DNA of 64,000 nucleotides from Amoebidium appalachense (taxonomy: Eukaryota > Protista > Ichthyosporea), in NCBI GenBank assembly GCA_963693365.1, contig CAVNZM010000009.1, positions 4,289,146 through 4,353,145 on the forward strand. Direction: 5' to 3'. The translations under genes and the position numbers were made by a program. Position 1 is the first letter of the stretch, and each line of letters starts with the position of its first letter. Of this stretch, positions 14,658 through 27,734 are shown piece after piece. The notes under the pieces were generated by a model that ran no database searches, was not told where the DNA came from, and saw nothing but the letters and a program-made list of their open reading frames with translations.

Positions 14658-15302
14658 GTTGCCCCCCCCCCCCCCCCCCCCCCCCGCGTTTAAAAAAAAA
14701 ATACTCTATCCCTTTTGTTTTTGTTTGGTGTGTTTCCCACATACTGTATGCGTGAAAACAGCACACTGACGTTTTTCTCTTGCCTCGTTTTCTGTATGTT
14801 GTTGTGTTGTGTGCACGTAGTTTTCTTTCCTTGCAATTGGTTTTGCAAGTGCATGTGCGAAATAACCTTCTGGGTGTTACAGAAGCATGTTTCCAATGTT
14901 CTAGTAGATTGCCGAGATAAAAAACATAAGCTTAAGTATCTGTTGGATAACCGACTAATCAGTGTGTATATGCAACTGTCATATTTTGTACACGTTCGTT
15001 GGCCAACAAACACATGTCTGTTGGATAGGTGTTACATATAGAATTGATACTTTGATTGATCATGCTTTATATCCATTGGATGCCCGACTAATACCTATAT
15101 GTATAGTGTGGATGTTTTGTGTATATGTTTTCCATATCCATTGACCAACCAACACATGCCTTTGCATATGCAAAATGCATATCTATCACATATAATGACC
15201 CTAAACTAGGTTTAAGGTCAACGGTATACACGTGGTGTTTCCCACACAATCTTCCTTCCAGTTTACTTCTTCACCCATGCTCACTCCCACTTTTGTCCAC
15301 AG

Positions 15303-15775
15303 ATACATCCAAGTCTCCTGCAAGCGGTGACAAACCAAAACGCCTCATGTCGTCTTCGGGAGCCGACGAGGACTTTCCTAAAGATCCCGACGGCCAGTAC
15401 CTTCTTCCGGATGACGACATCAGGTTGGCCTACTACCTTACGGTTGTCTGCACGCGCTACCCCACCACCACGATGAAGGACAAGCTGCGGACTACCTACG
15501 CTGCAGGCAGGGATGAGATGCTGGCTGCGCTGCGCGGTGCCGGCCATTCCATGCCGGAAGGGAAATTCGTTGAGTTTGAAAACATCCCACCGGAGGGCCC
15601 ATCTGGTGATGAATCGGGCGATGCGGAGAATGAGCATGAGACTCCTAGTCCCCGCAAGAAGTCCAAAAGCAGCCGCAAGCGTACCCCCCCTTCGTCGGAT
15701 AGCGAGGATGAGGATGATGACGACGACATCCCTGTGCTTGAGAAGTTGACCCCTGGCAAGACCCTTAAGTGGCTG
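15303..15775 (+). CDS. Predicted exon 3: acidic/basic linker region (alternatively a separate gene starting at ATG 15347)
   Basis: ttttgtccacag acceptor in phase 1 matches the phase-1 donor at 14658. GC3-rich open frame with a gtaggt donor at 15776. Confidence 0.7.
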
Positions 15776-16174
15776 GTAGGTACTCCTAATATGACGGGAA
15801 GAAATTGTTATTCTCTCATGTAAATATTCTTTCGATGGTTTTTGCAGACTCTCGCTTTTCCCTAAACGCATTACAGTTGCCCTTAATTGCCACCCATTGA
15901 TTTTGTTCCCCTTTTTTTTTTGTCTTTTTTTCCTTTTTCTTTTCTTTGTTTTTCCCTGGTACTATCAAACCATCACAAATTTCGAACTTGACTAGGTTTT
16001 ACTCCTGTTTTCGTTTGTATTTTAATGGCCAGTTTGTGTGACCTCAAACTAACCCCCCCCCCCCCCCCTCCCCCCCCTTTCCAAAACACCCACCCTCCCA
16101 AAAAAAAAAAAAACACGCACGCACGCACACGCACGCACACACCCACACCATCCACTCTCCCATGTTTGCCACAG

Positions 16175-16432
16175 AATGACAACGTCAAGCAGTTCACCAA
16201 GTCTCGCGAGGTCTACCAGGTGATGCTGTTGGTCAACCCCACTGTCAACGAGTTGGACAATTGTAGTCTGGCCCTTGCTACCCTCGAGGCCATCAAGACT
16301 GTGATGCCGACTGCACATGATGTACTGAGCTCAAGGGGCAAGGAACACTGGACGAGCATGTTACCGTTGGCCAGCGCGACCCGTGGTACAGACGCCAAGA
16401 AGGTCGTTACGGCCATCCGCACGGGGCTGACC
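16175..16432 (+). CDS. Predicted exon 4, 5' half (interrupted by Copia)
   Basis: ccacag acceptor, NDNVKQFTK...TAIRTGLT. The frame resumes after the TGACC TSD at 43412. Confidence 0.8.
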
Positions 16433-17178
16433 TGTTGTTTTGTACGGGTCTAAGGGAGCAGAGTGCACAGAGGTGTCATGTAAAACACGACTTAACACAT
16501 TAATGAGAGGGCAATCGGAGTTGTTCACGAGACATTGAAAGATTTCAAACAACAACTGAATCTTTATTGTACTCTCGGTTCCTTTTGTACTTGCGACTTA
16601 TCACCTTATCACAACTAAAGAGGGAGAACCAATCGGTTCTATCAGAAGATAGAAAAACACATTCCGACAGAGCATACGCATTCCAACTTCCGATTAAACT
16701 AAAGTGTAGAAACTCTTACTTAAATAAATTAAGTAATTATACATCTAGTCACTATTAACTCACATATATATTTATGTTCGTCTCTATAAAGAAACTTATT
16801 TAAATACATATATTTCCTAACAGTCGACACTCTCAAAGTGAAGACACTTTGCAATAAACCGAATTCCATATATATCTATTGTCCAATCACAACACACATA
16901 TATTAACAGACAGGAATGCACAACACAATCTACAGATGTACTCGCTCGCGACTATTGGTGAGCCATCCTTTTGAGAACAAAACTAAGCCATTTTGAAATA
17001 AAGGAAAGACAACGAGTGAGGCTAGCCAATCACGCTACCTCTCAGATAAACAGAGGAGAGCAAACAGAAATAAAAACACAATAAGTTCTTATCAGGCAAG
17101 AGAGCCAGGTGTGCACAGATCTACCGATATCTGTGCCCACAGAAACAAGGGAGAGAGAGATACGGGGGGGGGGGGGGG

Positions 17179-17259
<81 letters not shown>

Positions 17260-17352
17260 CACAAAGGAGGAAAGCAGACACGAATACAAACAAGCTAGGA
17301 CACATACATACTTCAAGGCTCTTGCTGTCATACATGGTGACGTATTCCAACA
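16433..17352 (-). repeat. Copia 3' LTR (contains poly-G and (GA)n)
   Basis: Direct repeat of 42464-43406 with only a few substitutions seen apart from microsatellite length. Confidence 0.95.
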
Positions 17353-17871
17353 TCCCCACTCAAGGGGTTGAAGTTTGTGTTCTCGTGTCTGTTGATGTGA
17401 CAGTAGATGAGGTCCAAACACAGGAGGGGCCGTCACACTCAAGTTTCCCCACTCGAGGATGCAAACCGAAGATCCTTGAGGTGGGAAGGAGAGAATCAAA
17501 ACTGAAGAGGCACACAACGACGGTTGCCTCTGAAGACTCGAAATAAGAAATCATGGTGGTTATCGGCGATATATATATATATATATATATAGGAAACACT
17601 AGTGTATGTGTGACGTGTTGGTGGCTAATGGTTTATACTGGGGACCACCCAGGTAAACACAAGACATGAACATCTTGTGGACTGATTTATAGACTGGTGG
17701 TCAACCAGTTAAGACACGGGGAAGATGCATCCCGTGGACTAGGTTTAGACTGGCAGTCAACCAGCACGTCATGGCTATAGATAATTATTTATACTGGGAC
17801 GCCATCCCAGTTCGACATATATATAAGTCGAATATAGAAGAAAACCAATATATATGGTGGGATATGAATAT

Positions 17872-18066
17872 GGGGTTTACGCTGTTTACTCGAGGCAAAG
17901 AGAACCAGTCTCAGGTATGGGGGGGGGGGTTTTGCTCGGAATATCCCCTCAGCGGTATATCATGATCACGTACATAGATGTCGGGTGGTGACTATATATC
18001 AGGGTTTACTTTCTCTACGAGACACCATAAAGACTACAAGGAGAAATCAATTAGTTGGGGTTCCCC

Positions 18067-18117
<51 letters not shown>

Positions 18118-18149
18118 GGGCTCCCCTCGGGACACTCGGTATCAGCTGG

Positions 18150-18216
<67 letters not shown>

Positions 18217-21200
18217 TGCGCTATAATTTTGTAGTGATGTGTTTCTCAAGCCAATCAATACATCTAATAAACAGGTCGTAGTTACGCGTGTTTAGTATAA
18301 AATCAAGGATGTTGTAATTTACAGGTAGGCTATCTTTCTGGGTGTCTGTTGTGAATGTGACGTGTGTGTGTTGCGGTATCATGTGGTCTATCAAACTACA
18401 TTTGGCGATACATGACCGGTTAAACTGGTGTGTGTGTGTGTTGTTTGGGCATGCAAATGATGCCACCTTATACTTATTAGATCTCCACTGTATAGCACGT
18501 GTACAGTAAAAGCGTGGTAATTGATCAATAATACCATCAGCTAGAGAAAGACCAGTTCTACAGGAAGGTAATATGTATTTAGGTGTTATACACTTGCGAG
18601 TGCCATATTTGGCAATATGGTTGAGGCGGTCAGTATATATAAAACGAGACATAAGGCTTAGTTTTTCAAGGTGTATGCTTTCATCGGGTCTAGTGTCGTG
18701 TGGTATCTTTTTCCATTTGTTATATTGCGTGATTATCTTGTGATTGTGTACATGTTTAATAAGTAAGTGGCAGTCCAAAGTCACACACACACTATTGCGG
18801 GGTTTATTTGTATTTGTGCCCAGGGGAGAAGGGGAGAGAGAGGGGAGGAAAGAGGGGAGAGGTGAGGAGGGGACAGGTCGGATAGAGAAGAGAGGGTGGG
18901 AGGGCAAATACTGTTGTAATACGTAGTATTTACATATGGTAAGATCTTCTCAGTTTGTGTTATGTTTCAGTTCATATGCTTAGTGTAAATGCCACACTCC
19001 TATTATGTAAAGTGTAGCATCGATCTCCGATATGCTTGTATACTTGTAATCGTGTTGTATCGGCTTTAATCGTGTATTGTAATATCGATTAGAATATTTA
19101 TATGTGTGTACACGGATCCACCCACTCAGGGAGAGACGTGTACATGTTCGTGTGTACATAAATATCTCTGGTTATAGTTATGCTATTACTATCTTGTTTG
19201 TTGATCTGTGCTCTCTTTTCCTTCCTCTTTCTCCTTCCTTATTTTCTTTTCTTTCTCTCCTTGTCTTCATGTGTATAATCGTATTTCTTTTCTACTAATA
19301 TATGTTAGGTAGATTTGTGTTACTTAATACGTGTTCATTGGACGGTAACACACTTAGGCTACACTTAGAATAGCATGTGTGTTTAGACTTCATTAATTCA
19401 CTTTAGTTTTCATGTGTTGCCGGGCTTTAACCAATCATCAAGGTTAAGTGTGATATGTCTGAGTCTTTGCAGTATGTCATAGGTTAGAACTTCCTTGATG
19501 ATGACACGAGTTGATCTTAACTAGTGTCTGTGTCCTATCGTGTACGCCTCCGCGTACCGGATCTCTCTGAAAGCAATTGGTTCTTAGTGATTGGTTTCTA
19601 TTAGAGATGGATCTGATTTCCGACTGGTCGGAAATCATGTATGGATTGGACTTAGAAGAATTTCAGGTATTTATTCGAAGATCAGAATAAATTCAGTTCA
19701 GTCGTGTCTAAACATTGATGTCTGTTGTGTACACTGCTCCGATCGTTCCGTGTTTTGTTGTTGTGTGTGTCTGTGGTGTTTTCACACTGCACCACTGTGT
19801 CTCTGCTTACATCCTAAATACTTATACAAATTAACAAATACTTCTTTAAGCGGCTTATGTGCTTATTGAATTTCAGCGCGAGATAGGATACTCTAGCAGC
19901 TATTGGGACCAGACCATATATCGAGAGCGTTACAGGCCCAGGTTTACAACAGTTGTTAGATAGAAAGGAGGCAACTTCTGCTTCAAGGAAATTTGCCAAG
20001 GGTTTAAGCGCTCTAGTTCTCTCTTTCTTGATCCAAGCGGCGAGAAGGGGTAAACCATATTCACATGCCGGGAAGACAAAAGTGCGAATAAATGTTAGTC
20101 TAATAGAAGGATGGAGGGGTGTGTCTTTAAAAATATTAGCCGAGAAGAAAGCTAACCGCTTACGAGCCAACTCTACCCTCTTTTCGACCATATGGGGAAA
20201 CATAACACCAACAGAATCAACCGGAACACCAAGATATTTGTATTCTGGAACTATAGGTACAGGTTTAGATGATAATGTAAATGTGTGTAAATTGTTAGCT
20301 ATATCAGGTACAAGAACACCACATTTGTCTATGTTAAGGATCATAAGGTTTGCCTTGCACCACTCTGACACTACATCGAACAATCTTTGCAGGCGTCTAG
20401 GGGTACGGGCAAGGAGGGACAGATCATCAGCATAGAGAAGTGCAGGCGGAAAGTTATTAATAGGGTCATCGTTTTCGGCGTAAATCTTGACAGCCAAATC
20501 ATCTATAAATAGGTTAAACAAAAAGGGGCTAAGCAATGAACCCTGCAAGAGACCTCTAGTACGAGCAAAACCATATGAAAGATGCCCATTAACCACAGCT
20601 CTACCATAGGTTTGAGACAAGAGTGCTTCTAACAGAACACCAATGCAGTGTGGTACACCCCGTGCAGCAAGCTTTTCCCATAGGAGACCAGGGGAGACAG
20701 AATCGTAAGCAGTTTTCCAATCAATAAAGCCAACATATTGTGCACCAACTTGCATAGAATCGTGCAGTGCCATTATTTGAACATAACATGAATTGTTTTT
20801 ACGAAAAGCGGATTGGCATGGGTGTATGTGAAGAATAGATTGAAACCTAGGGTGATGTGCAAATAACCTAAGTAAGCAAGCTTCAAAGAATCTACGAACA
20901 ACCTGGGTTAGTGTAATGGGGCGAAAGGATGATATGGGGCCCTCAGAGTCCTTCTTAACTATGGGGATCACTAAGGTATCTAACCAAGATGACGGGACAT
21001 GTCCACATTTAACACACCAAGAAAAGAGAGAGCTTAACATGATAGTAAGATCAGGTTTAATAGCACGATCACTTTCCTTTTGTGGGTAGGAGGGAACAAG
21101 GATTTTAAGAAACCCAGCAGGGAGTCCATCAGGTCCACAAGACCTACTAGAGCTATAACTAGATATCACAGACCATATGGCATCGGGACTGAAAAAGGGG

Positions 21201-21270
21201 AGGATCGATTCTATGGGGATAGATGGGTCTACAGGCCACACAATAGGTTTCTGAGCGGGGGTCCTATCTT
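17872..21270 (-). mobile_element. 5'-truncated LINE (RT and C-terminus of ORF2 plus 3' tail), split by a solo LTR
   Basis: Near-identical to 50685-53152. The 10-bp TSD ATATGAATAT is at 17862-17871 and 21271-21280. ORF pieces are 19814-21241 and 18221-18907. Confidence 0.95.
18912..19836. mobile_element. Solo LTR of a third LTR family (925 bp)
   Basis: Starts TGTT and ends AACA, with a 5-bp TSD AATAC on both sides. Absent from the intact LINE at 52110-52120. Non-coding. Confidence 0.85.
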
Positions 21271-21485
21271 ATATGAATATAAATAAATGACGGATGGGGG
21301 AGAATAATCCCCACTGAAGATGCACACATATGACGATGTAAGACTGAGTCCCCACTGATGAAGAGAAACGAGGAGGAGTAGTAGACTTTCGTTGGGAGGC
21401 AACTTGATCACCGTAGGTGTGTCAACTGCTGTCCAGGGCCCCAACCTACTCAGAAACCACTCGATGATGAACACCAGTGCACGGG

Positions 21486-23122
21486 TTAGTCACGGAGACT
21501 GAGGTTGGCACGGTGTGTGTCGTGGGCCGGACCAGCCAGAGGCTTGGTGAAGATGTCGGCCAGGTTCTTCTTGGTGTCGATGTAGGTGACAGTGACGTCC
21601 CCACTGTTGATGTAGTCCTTTGTGTTGAAGTAACGAACGGCAATGTGCTTGGTCCGGTGCTTGAAGGTGTTGGAGTGGACCAGAGCAATGGTGGACTGAT
21701 TGTCACAGTACACGGGGGTGGGCTCGGTCATGGGGTAGCCCAGCTCCTTTAGTAGATCACGGTGCCAGACAACATCTTGCACGGCAGCATTGAGGGCCAG
21801 GAGCTCGGCCTCACAGGTGGAAGTTGCAGTGATCGTCTGCAGCTTGGAGTGGTAGGTGACGGGGGAGCCTTCGAGGAGGATGACGTACCCAGACGTGGAA
21901 CGACGGATGGTGGGGCAACCAGCAAAGTCAGAATCCGAGTAGCACTCAAGGATGGGCACCTTGCTGTTGGGGGCCTTCTTCTTGTAGTAGAGGCCGAGGT
22001 TGATGGTGCCGAGCAGGTAACGAACGACACGGAGGAGAAGCTCCCAGGCAGTCTTGGTGGGCTTGGAGCTGAATCGGCCGAGGTAGCCAATGGCATACGA
22101 GATGTCAGGCCGGGAGCACCGAGCAACCCACAGCAGACGGCCGAGGAGTTCACGGTAGGGGACGGTGGTGGGCAGGGATGAGAGGGAGGTCTCGTTGATG
22201 ATGGTGCCCACGGGAATAGGGGTGGCCTTAGGCTTGGCATCGACCAGGTTGAAGTCGGTGATGATGTCCTTGATGTAGGAGGACTGCAGCAGCTTGAGGG
22301 AGTCACGGGTGTACAGCAGTTGGGTGCCGAGGAAGATGTCTGGCAGACCGACCTTGCACTCGGCAGACTTCGTGATGTGACGAACAAGCCCCTGCATGAT
22401 GGTGGAGTTCCGTGTGCAGGTGATGATGGCATCATCAACGTAGTTGCCCGAACGGATGATGTGCCCGTTGGGGAACTGACGGAAGTAGACACACGGATCG
22501 GAACGGAGACGGGTGAGGCCGTGGGCAATGAGAATGGAGTTGAAGAACTCGTACCATGCCAGGGATGCCTGCTTGAGTCCGTAGAGGGCCTTCTTGAGTT
22601 TCCAGACTTTGTGTTCATTGCCAGGGAGGATAAAACCAGGAGGTTGCTCCATGTACAAAGTCTCGCCGAGGGGGCTGTTGAGGAAGGCCGTGCTGATGTC
22701 GAGTTGATGGATCTCGTGGTCCTGTTGCACACCGAGGGCAAGCAGGGCACGGACGGAGGAGGACATGACGACGGGGGAAGAGTTTTCACCGTAGTCAACA
22801 CCGTAGACTTGGGTGAAACCCTTGGCCACACCACGACCCTTGATCTTGGTGTCACCAGCAGAGTTGAGGACCTTCTCCGTGACAATCCACTTGAATCGGA
22901 TGATGTTGGCATCGGAGGGGGGCTCAACTACGTCGAAGATGTCCTTGTCGATGAAAGCCTTGTACTCGGCAGTGAGGGCAGTCACCACTTCATCACCCTT
23001 GGTGCCAGAGCACAGCTTCTGAATTGACCGGGGCAGCTGAGACACATCAAGGCTGGGTCGGGAGATGCTCACCATAGCCATGGCAGGCCGGGAGGAGAGA
23101 CGGGAGGAACGACGGGGGACGG
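21486..23122 (-). CDS. Copia pol, reverse transcriptase and RNase H part
   Basis: KGRGVAKGFTQVYGVDY, QLDISTAFLN, LKKALYGLKQA, YVDD, YSDSDFAG, STCEAE, YCDNQS, NLADIFTKPL. Confidence 0.95.
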
Positions 23123-23836
23123 TGTCGTATCCTAATATATGTGTACTAGAGACGCGGCACTCTATTAAGTGTACACACACGAAAAGGAACGAACGTGTAC
23201 AGAAAAACGGTAAAGTTTATTAAGACCAGGCTCCGACGGGCAACTTAGATCCGAACGGAATGAGTCTAAGTAACGACTGAGGCCATCAAGGCCGTGCCCT
23301 ACAAGATCATCATCACCTGGCCCCCTACGATGCCACATTCCATTAACATTCCGATCTACTTTTATCGTGCGCCTGCACGAGCTAAGTCGATCTACTCAAC
23401 TAATATATTTATCCAAGTCTCACCCCTCACCCTCCCCCTAGTGGCACCGCAGAGTCTAAATCTACATTTCATACTATCCTCCCCCCCCCTCCCTTCCCCC
23501 CTTTCCTCTACATCTACATATATAAATACGTTTGGCAACATATACTATCAAACCTTGCCAATCCTTACAAAAGGGCTTCTGCCCGAACAATCACATTCCT
23601 AAGTCCTCCTACGATCTATCCTATACACTAATTAGAATTCTATTGGACGGCTGTCCCGGCTGACGTGGTCCAATGCCCTGCGCCGGCAGAGGCAAGATGA
23701 TGCACGCAGCTGCACAGCTATCTTGAGGCCCCGGACTTGATCTTGATGATCTGTGACCCGGGCCACCCCCCCCCCCCCCCCCCCGATCTCGATCGTAGAC
23801 TTAGGCTAATCTGCTGAGACGGATTAGTATATGTCA
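23123..23836 (-). repeat. Gypsy 3' LTR
   Basis: TG..CA bounded and almost identical to the split 5' LTR. Confidence 0.95.
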
Positions 23837-24018
23837 ACTCCCCCCCCGGCCCCCGGAAAAGCTGAGTCCCACCTCAGTCCCATTACATCTAACACCCCCT
23901 AAGAAGACATAGACTAATCAGTCTCCTAAAAAAATTAAATTAAATAAATTACGAAGAAAAATAATAAATTAATCTACACCATAAGCTTGATACCTACGGA
24001 GACACCTATGATAATAAA

Positions 24019-25905
24019 TTAAATTCCGACGACTACGTTCACACTCCTCCTCGGTCTCCCTCCCCTCCCTCCCCCCTCCCTCCGTGTGTCTACGTGTATT
24101 TGCATCACTCCCCCCCCGGCCCCCTCCCCCACCGACTTTTTCACACCACGATTAAACTGAGGAATAACTCTCTTTGGCCGAGAGGGAGCACTAGGCAACT
24201 CCCTCTGCACTAATCTAGCCTCATAAGCACGAATAGAAAACGGGCAATCCAAATGAAACTCAGGCAACCACTGATCTTCCTGATAACCTCCCTCAAAACG
24301 AATTAAATAATAATTTACCTTACCTTCCTTACCTTCGATAACCTTTTTATCCATAATTTTATCTACTGCAGCCTCCGATACATCCACCGACCCGTCATAG
24401 TCGGGGGTGAATGCATCTAACACTAAAAGGCCCTCCGGCCGTTTAACCCTAAGGGCCCTATCATAATATTCCTTTATATCATGATCTACATTATAAAATC
24501 TAACATCACTCTCATTATCTAACCTCTGCACCTTATATTCCGTCGGACCTAACCTAGCCACTATTTTATACGGACCGATAAAAAGAGGCAACCATTTCTT
24601 ACCATACTTACGAAGACCTTCACCTTCACCCTTACCTTCCTGCTCCTGCTTATATCTCTTTTTCCTAGTATGATCCCTAATTAAAACTAAAGTACCCTCG
24701 GCAAATTCACGTAACGGACGTGTGGACACGTCTGCACGTGTCTGTGCCTGCTGTGTACGGGCCAGAGCTGCATCACGTGCAGCCCGGGCCCGGGTTAGTA
24801 GCTGCTCCCGGAACTCAGTCCAGTGGGGATAAGTTAGTCGGTCAGCCCCCCCCATCGGCAAAAGTGCCGTATCTAACAAACTAATAGCCTCCTGCCCATA
24901 GACCAAATAAAACGGAGAAAAACCAGTCACAGCATGAGGGGTAGAATTATATGAATGAGCAATAAACCTAGACATATGATCCCAATCATTAGCCTCCACA
25001 TCCACCATTTTGCCAAAGGACTTCTGAAACACTGCATGCACACGTTCAGAGATGGCATTTGCTTGAGGGTGATATGCAGACGTAGTGATATGGGCTACCC
25101 TTAAAATTTTACACACCTCCGACACCAACTGATTTAAAAACACACGACTCCTATCCGTTAACAAAACACGAGGACAACCAAACCTAAGACAAATTTCATC
25201 CACAAAAATACGAGCAAACAAAACGGCATTAGCAGTGGGGAGAGGAAAAACTTCAACCCAACGAGTGGCCACATCGGTGACGGTAACAAGAACAGTGTTA
25301 CCCTCAACCGTAGAATTAAAAGGACCGACCACATCCACTGCTACCCTTTCAAACATACGAACATTAAAATCCCTAATAAACGACGGGCGGGAACGAGAGT
25401 GGGGACTCTCATTCCTTTCCTGACAATGCATGCATGACAACACATAATCCCTCACCTCCCTACTCATACCCGGCCAAAAATACGAACGATTAACACGAAG
25501 CAACGTCCTATTTACACCTAAATGACCAGCCATGGGATGCTCATGCACCATATGCAAAACCTCAGGCACAAGTGCCGTCGGGACCCAAACTCGGTGTCCG
25601 TCTGGCCCAGAACAATGATAAACTAAATCCGGCTCTACCTGACACATTTTTGCTAACTTAGCTACCTTAATCATCTGCCTTTTATTTTTAAACTTAATCG
25701 AATCAACCGGCCCCTTTAAATAATTCTTAACCAGACCAATCAACACATCTTCCTCCTGAGCTAAGATCAAAGCCGTAGGTGCTAAGGCAGGGGCCGAGCC
25801 ATGAGACTCGGTCCCGACCTCAGACACTGACAAATACCTCCCCCCCCCTCTCCTACACTTATAAGCAAGCAACCCCGGAACCCAAGAAGACACATCCACA
25901 GACAC
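24019..25905 (-). CDS. Gypsy integrase with C-terminal chromodomain
   Basis: HEHPMAGHLG...CMHCQ (HHCC), VAVDVVGP, LLTDRS, YHPQANAISER, GPY motif, VDKIMDKK...YYLIRFEGG...DQWLPEFHL. Confidence 0.92.
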   Translation of the reverse strand: MSVDVSSWVPGLLAYKCRRGGGRYLSVSEVGTESHGSAPALAPTALILAQEEDVLIGLVKNYLKGPVDSIKFKNKRQMIKVAKLAKMCQVEPDLVYHCSGPDGHRVWVPTALVPEVLHMVHEHPMAGHLGVNRTLLRVNRSYFWPGMSREVRDYVLSCMHCQERNESPHSRSRPSFIRDFNVRMFERVAVDVVGPFNSTVEGNTVLVTVTDVATRWVEVFPLPTANAVLFARIFVDEICLRFGCPRVLLTDRSRVFLNQLVSEVCKILRVAHITTSAYHPQANAISERVHAVFQKSFGKMVDVEANDWDHMSRFIAHSYNSTPHAVTGFSPFYLVYGQEAISLLDTALLPMGGADRLTYPHWTEFREQLLTRARAARDAALARTQQAQTRADVSTRPLREFAEGTLVLIRDHTRKKRYKQEQEGKGEGEGLRKYGKKWLPLFIGPYKIVARLGPTEYKVQRLDNESDVRFYNVDHDIKEYYDRALRVKRPEGLLVLDAFTPDYDGSVDVSEAAVDKIMDKKVIEGKEGKVNYYLIRFEGGYQEDQWLPEFHLDCPFSIRAYEARLVQRELPSAPSRPKRVIPQFNRGVKKSVGEGAGGGVMQIHVDTRREGGGRGGRPRRSVNVVVGI

Positions 25906-25910
25906 AGCAT

Positions 25911-26381
25911 CTATTCCTGTCTGCTCACTCTCCCCCCCTTCCCCCCCCTCCCCCCCCGTCTCTCACTAGCCCCCCCCTCCCCCTCCTTCTCTTCGTCAAA
26001 CAAAATATAAGCAGCACGAGAGAGAGCATCACAGTCAACCATTGTTTCACCCTTGGCATAAAACAATTTATAGGAGAACTCACCGAGAGCCGCGGCCCAC
26101 TTCTGCATCCTCTCGTTGACCAGACGAGTGGTGCCGGCCATGGCTAGGCAGGGCTTGTGGTCAGTGTAGACCTCAAACGTCCTGCCTGCGAGTATATACC
26201 TCCATGCCTGTGAGACTGCCCAAAAGATAGCATGGGACTCTCTCTCCGGATTGCTATATCTACGTTCACTTTTACTAAATGAACGACTAGCATAAGCAAT
26301 CACTCTATCCTGCCCCTCCTGCACTTGATATAACACGGCCCCCTCAGCAACCTTACTTGCATCACACCGAACTTTAAACAT
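25911..26381 (-). CDS. Gypsy RNase H fragment
   Basis: CDAS..GAVLYQ, IAYASR, ERE..AI, VYTDHK, DALSR. Separated from neighbouring frames at G-runs. Confidence 0.9.
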   Translation of the reverse strand: MFKVRCDASKVAEGAVLYQVQEGQDRVIAYASRSFSKSERRYSNPERESHAIFWAVSQAWRYILAGRTFEVYTDHKPCLAMAGTTRLVNERMQKWAAALGEFSYKLFYAKGETMVDCDALSRAAYILFDEEKEGEGGASERRGGRGGKGGRVSRQE

Positions 26382-26483
26382 CCCCCCCCGGCCGAAAAAT
26401 CAGGATGAACAAGCATACTCGAAGACTGCAAAGCTAACTTAAGCTTTTCGAAAGCAGAAACAGCATCAACATTCCAATCTATT

Positions 26484-27734
26484 CTATTCTTCTTCTCCCC
26501 CCCCCGTCTGACTAGTTAACGGCAAAGCAAGCATACTATAATCCTTAATATAACGACGAAGATAATTAGTTAAACCTAAAAATTGCCTTAGTTGAGTGAC
26601 AGTCTGAGGACGGGGCCACTCAACTATGGCCCGGATTTTCTCCGGATCAGGGGCAAGACCATTACTAGACACAATATGACCTAAAAACTTAACCTCCGGC
26701 ACACCAATCACAGTCTTGCTACCGCTAATGCGAAGACCAGACTCACCCAAAGCTAAAAATACTTTTTCACAATTATTAACTAGCTCCTCAAATGACCTAC
26801 CTTTAATTAAAACATCATCCAAATAAGGGTGGCATACATCCAAATGAGGGTGGAGAATTTTATACATTACCCGGCACAACATAGCTGGAGAGGAGAGCAA
26901 ACCCATCGGCACCACCTTGTACTGGAACAGCTGGTCACCCAGTGCAAAGGCAGTCTTCTCCTTGCTGCTCTCCTCCAACCTTATCTGCCAAAAAGCTGCT
27001 TTTAAATCAAGTTTAGCAAAGTGAGTATAGCCGTGCAGCTGTGAAAGCTGCTCGTCTATGTTAGGGAGAGGCCATTGGTCTGCCTTAGTGATCCGATTCA
27101 GAGCCCTGTAATCGTTCACTAGACGCCAAGACCCGTCGGGCTTCTTAACCAATAGCACCGGACTTCTCCACGGACTCGAACTATGCTCCACATGACCCTT
27201 TTTTAACATATCACTCACTATTATTAGAGCATCCGGCAATTTATACTGCTCCATTCTATAGCTAGGCATCACTACCGGCCTATTATCACCTGTGTCGATC
27301 TGCATTTCAAACCCTTTAACGAAGCCTACTTCGTTATCATCGGCCAGAAATGCAAACCGAGTCCTATCAAATAACTTAGCTAGCAATTTTTTCTGTTCTA
27401 CCGTCCAATCCCCCTCCTTCATACCAAACGGCAATACTAACTCCGGGTTACCCCCATCACAAGTGGATGCATCCTTATTCACCGGAGTGCCACTTAACAT
27501 TTCACCTCCTGTATTACATCGGTGCTGCTCGGGGTGAGGTGGAGGTACCTCCGGATATAGGCGGTCACCCTTAGCACCCCCCCTCCCCCCGGCACACCCA
27601 TGCCCCCGGGCAATTCCTGATGAGTTAGTGCATGTATGTGGGGGGCCAGGTCTGTGGCCACCCTGCCCCCCCACGGTGTTGGTTAACCCGTCAGATCCAC
27701 GGGTTAGACCAACACCCTCCCCCCCTGCCTGCAC
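26484..27734 (-). CDS. Gypsy reverse transcriptase fragment
   Basis: SPWRSPVLLVKKPDGSWRLVNDYRALN, LDLKAAFWQ, KTAF, PMGL, YLDDVLI, FLGH, LRQFLGLTNY. Confidence 0.93.
   Translation of the reverse strand: MQAGGEGVGLTRGSDGLTNTVGGQGGHRPGPPHTCTNSSGIARGHGCAGGRGGAKGDRLYPEVPPPHPEQHRCNTGGEMLSGTPVNKDASTCDGGNPELVLPFGMKEGDWTVEQKKLLAKLFDRTRFAFLADDNEVGFVKGFEMQIDTGDNRPVVMPSYRMEQYKLPDALIIVSDMLKKGHVEHSSSPWRSPVLLVKKPDGSWRLVNDYRALNRITKADQWPLPNIDEQLSQLHGYTHFAKLDLKAAFWQIRLEESSKEKTAFALGDQLFQYKVVPMGLLSSPAMLCRVMYKILHPHLDVCHPYLDDVLIKGRSFEELVNNCEKVFLALGESGLRISGSKTVIGVPEVKFLGHIVSSNGLAPDPEKIRAIVEWPRPQTVTQLRQFLGLTNYLRRYIKDYSMLALPLTSQTGGGEEE

Noticed and set aside
21348-21400. Minimal hammerhead ribozyme (CTGATGA-AGA-GAAAC...TCGTTGGG)
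   Set aside because: Stem II is absent, the NUH site and stem I cannot both form (off by one nt), and it is antisense to the Copia transcript.
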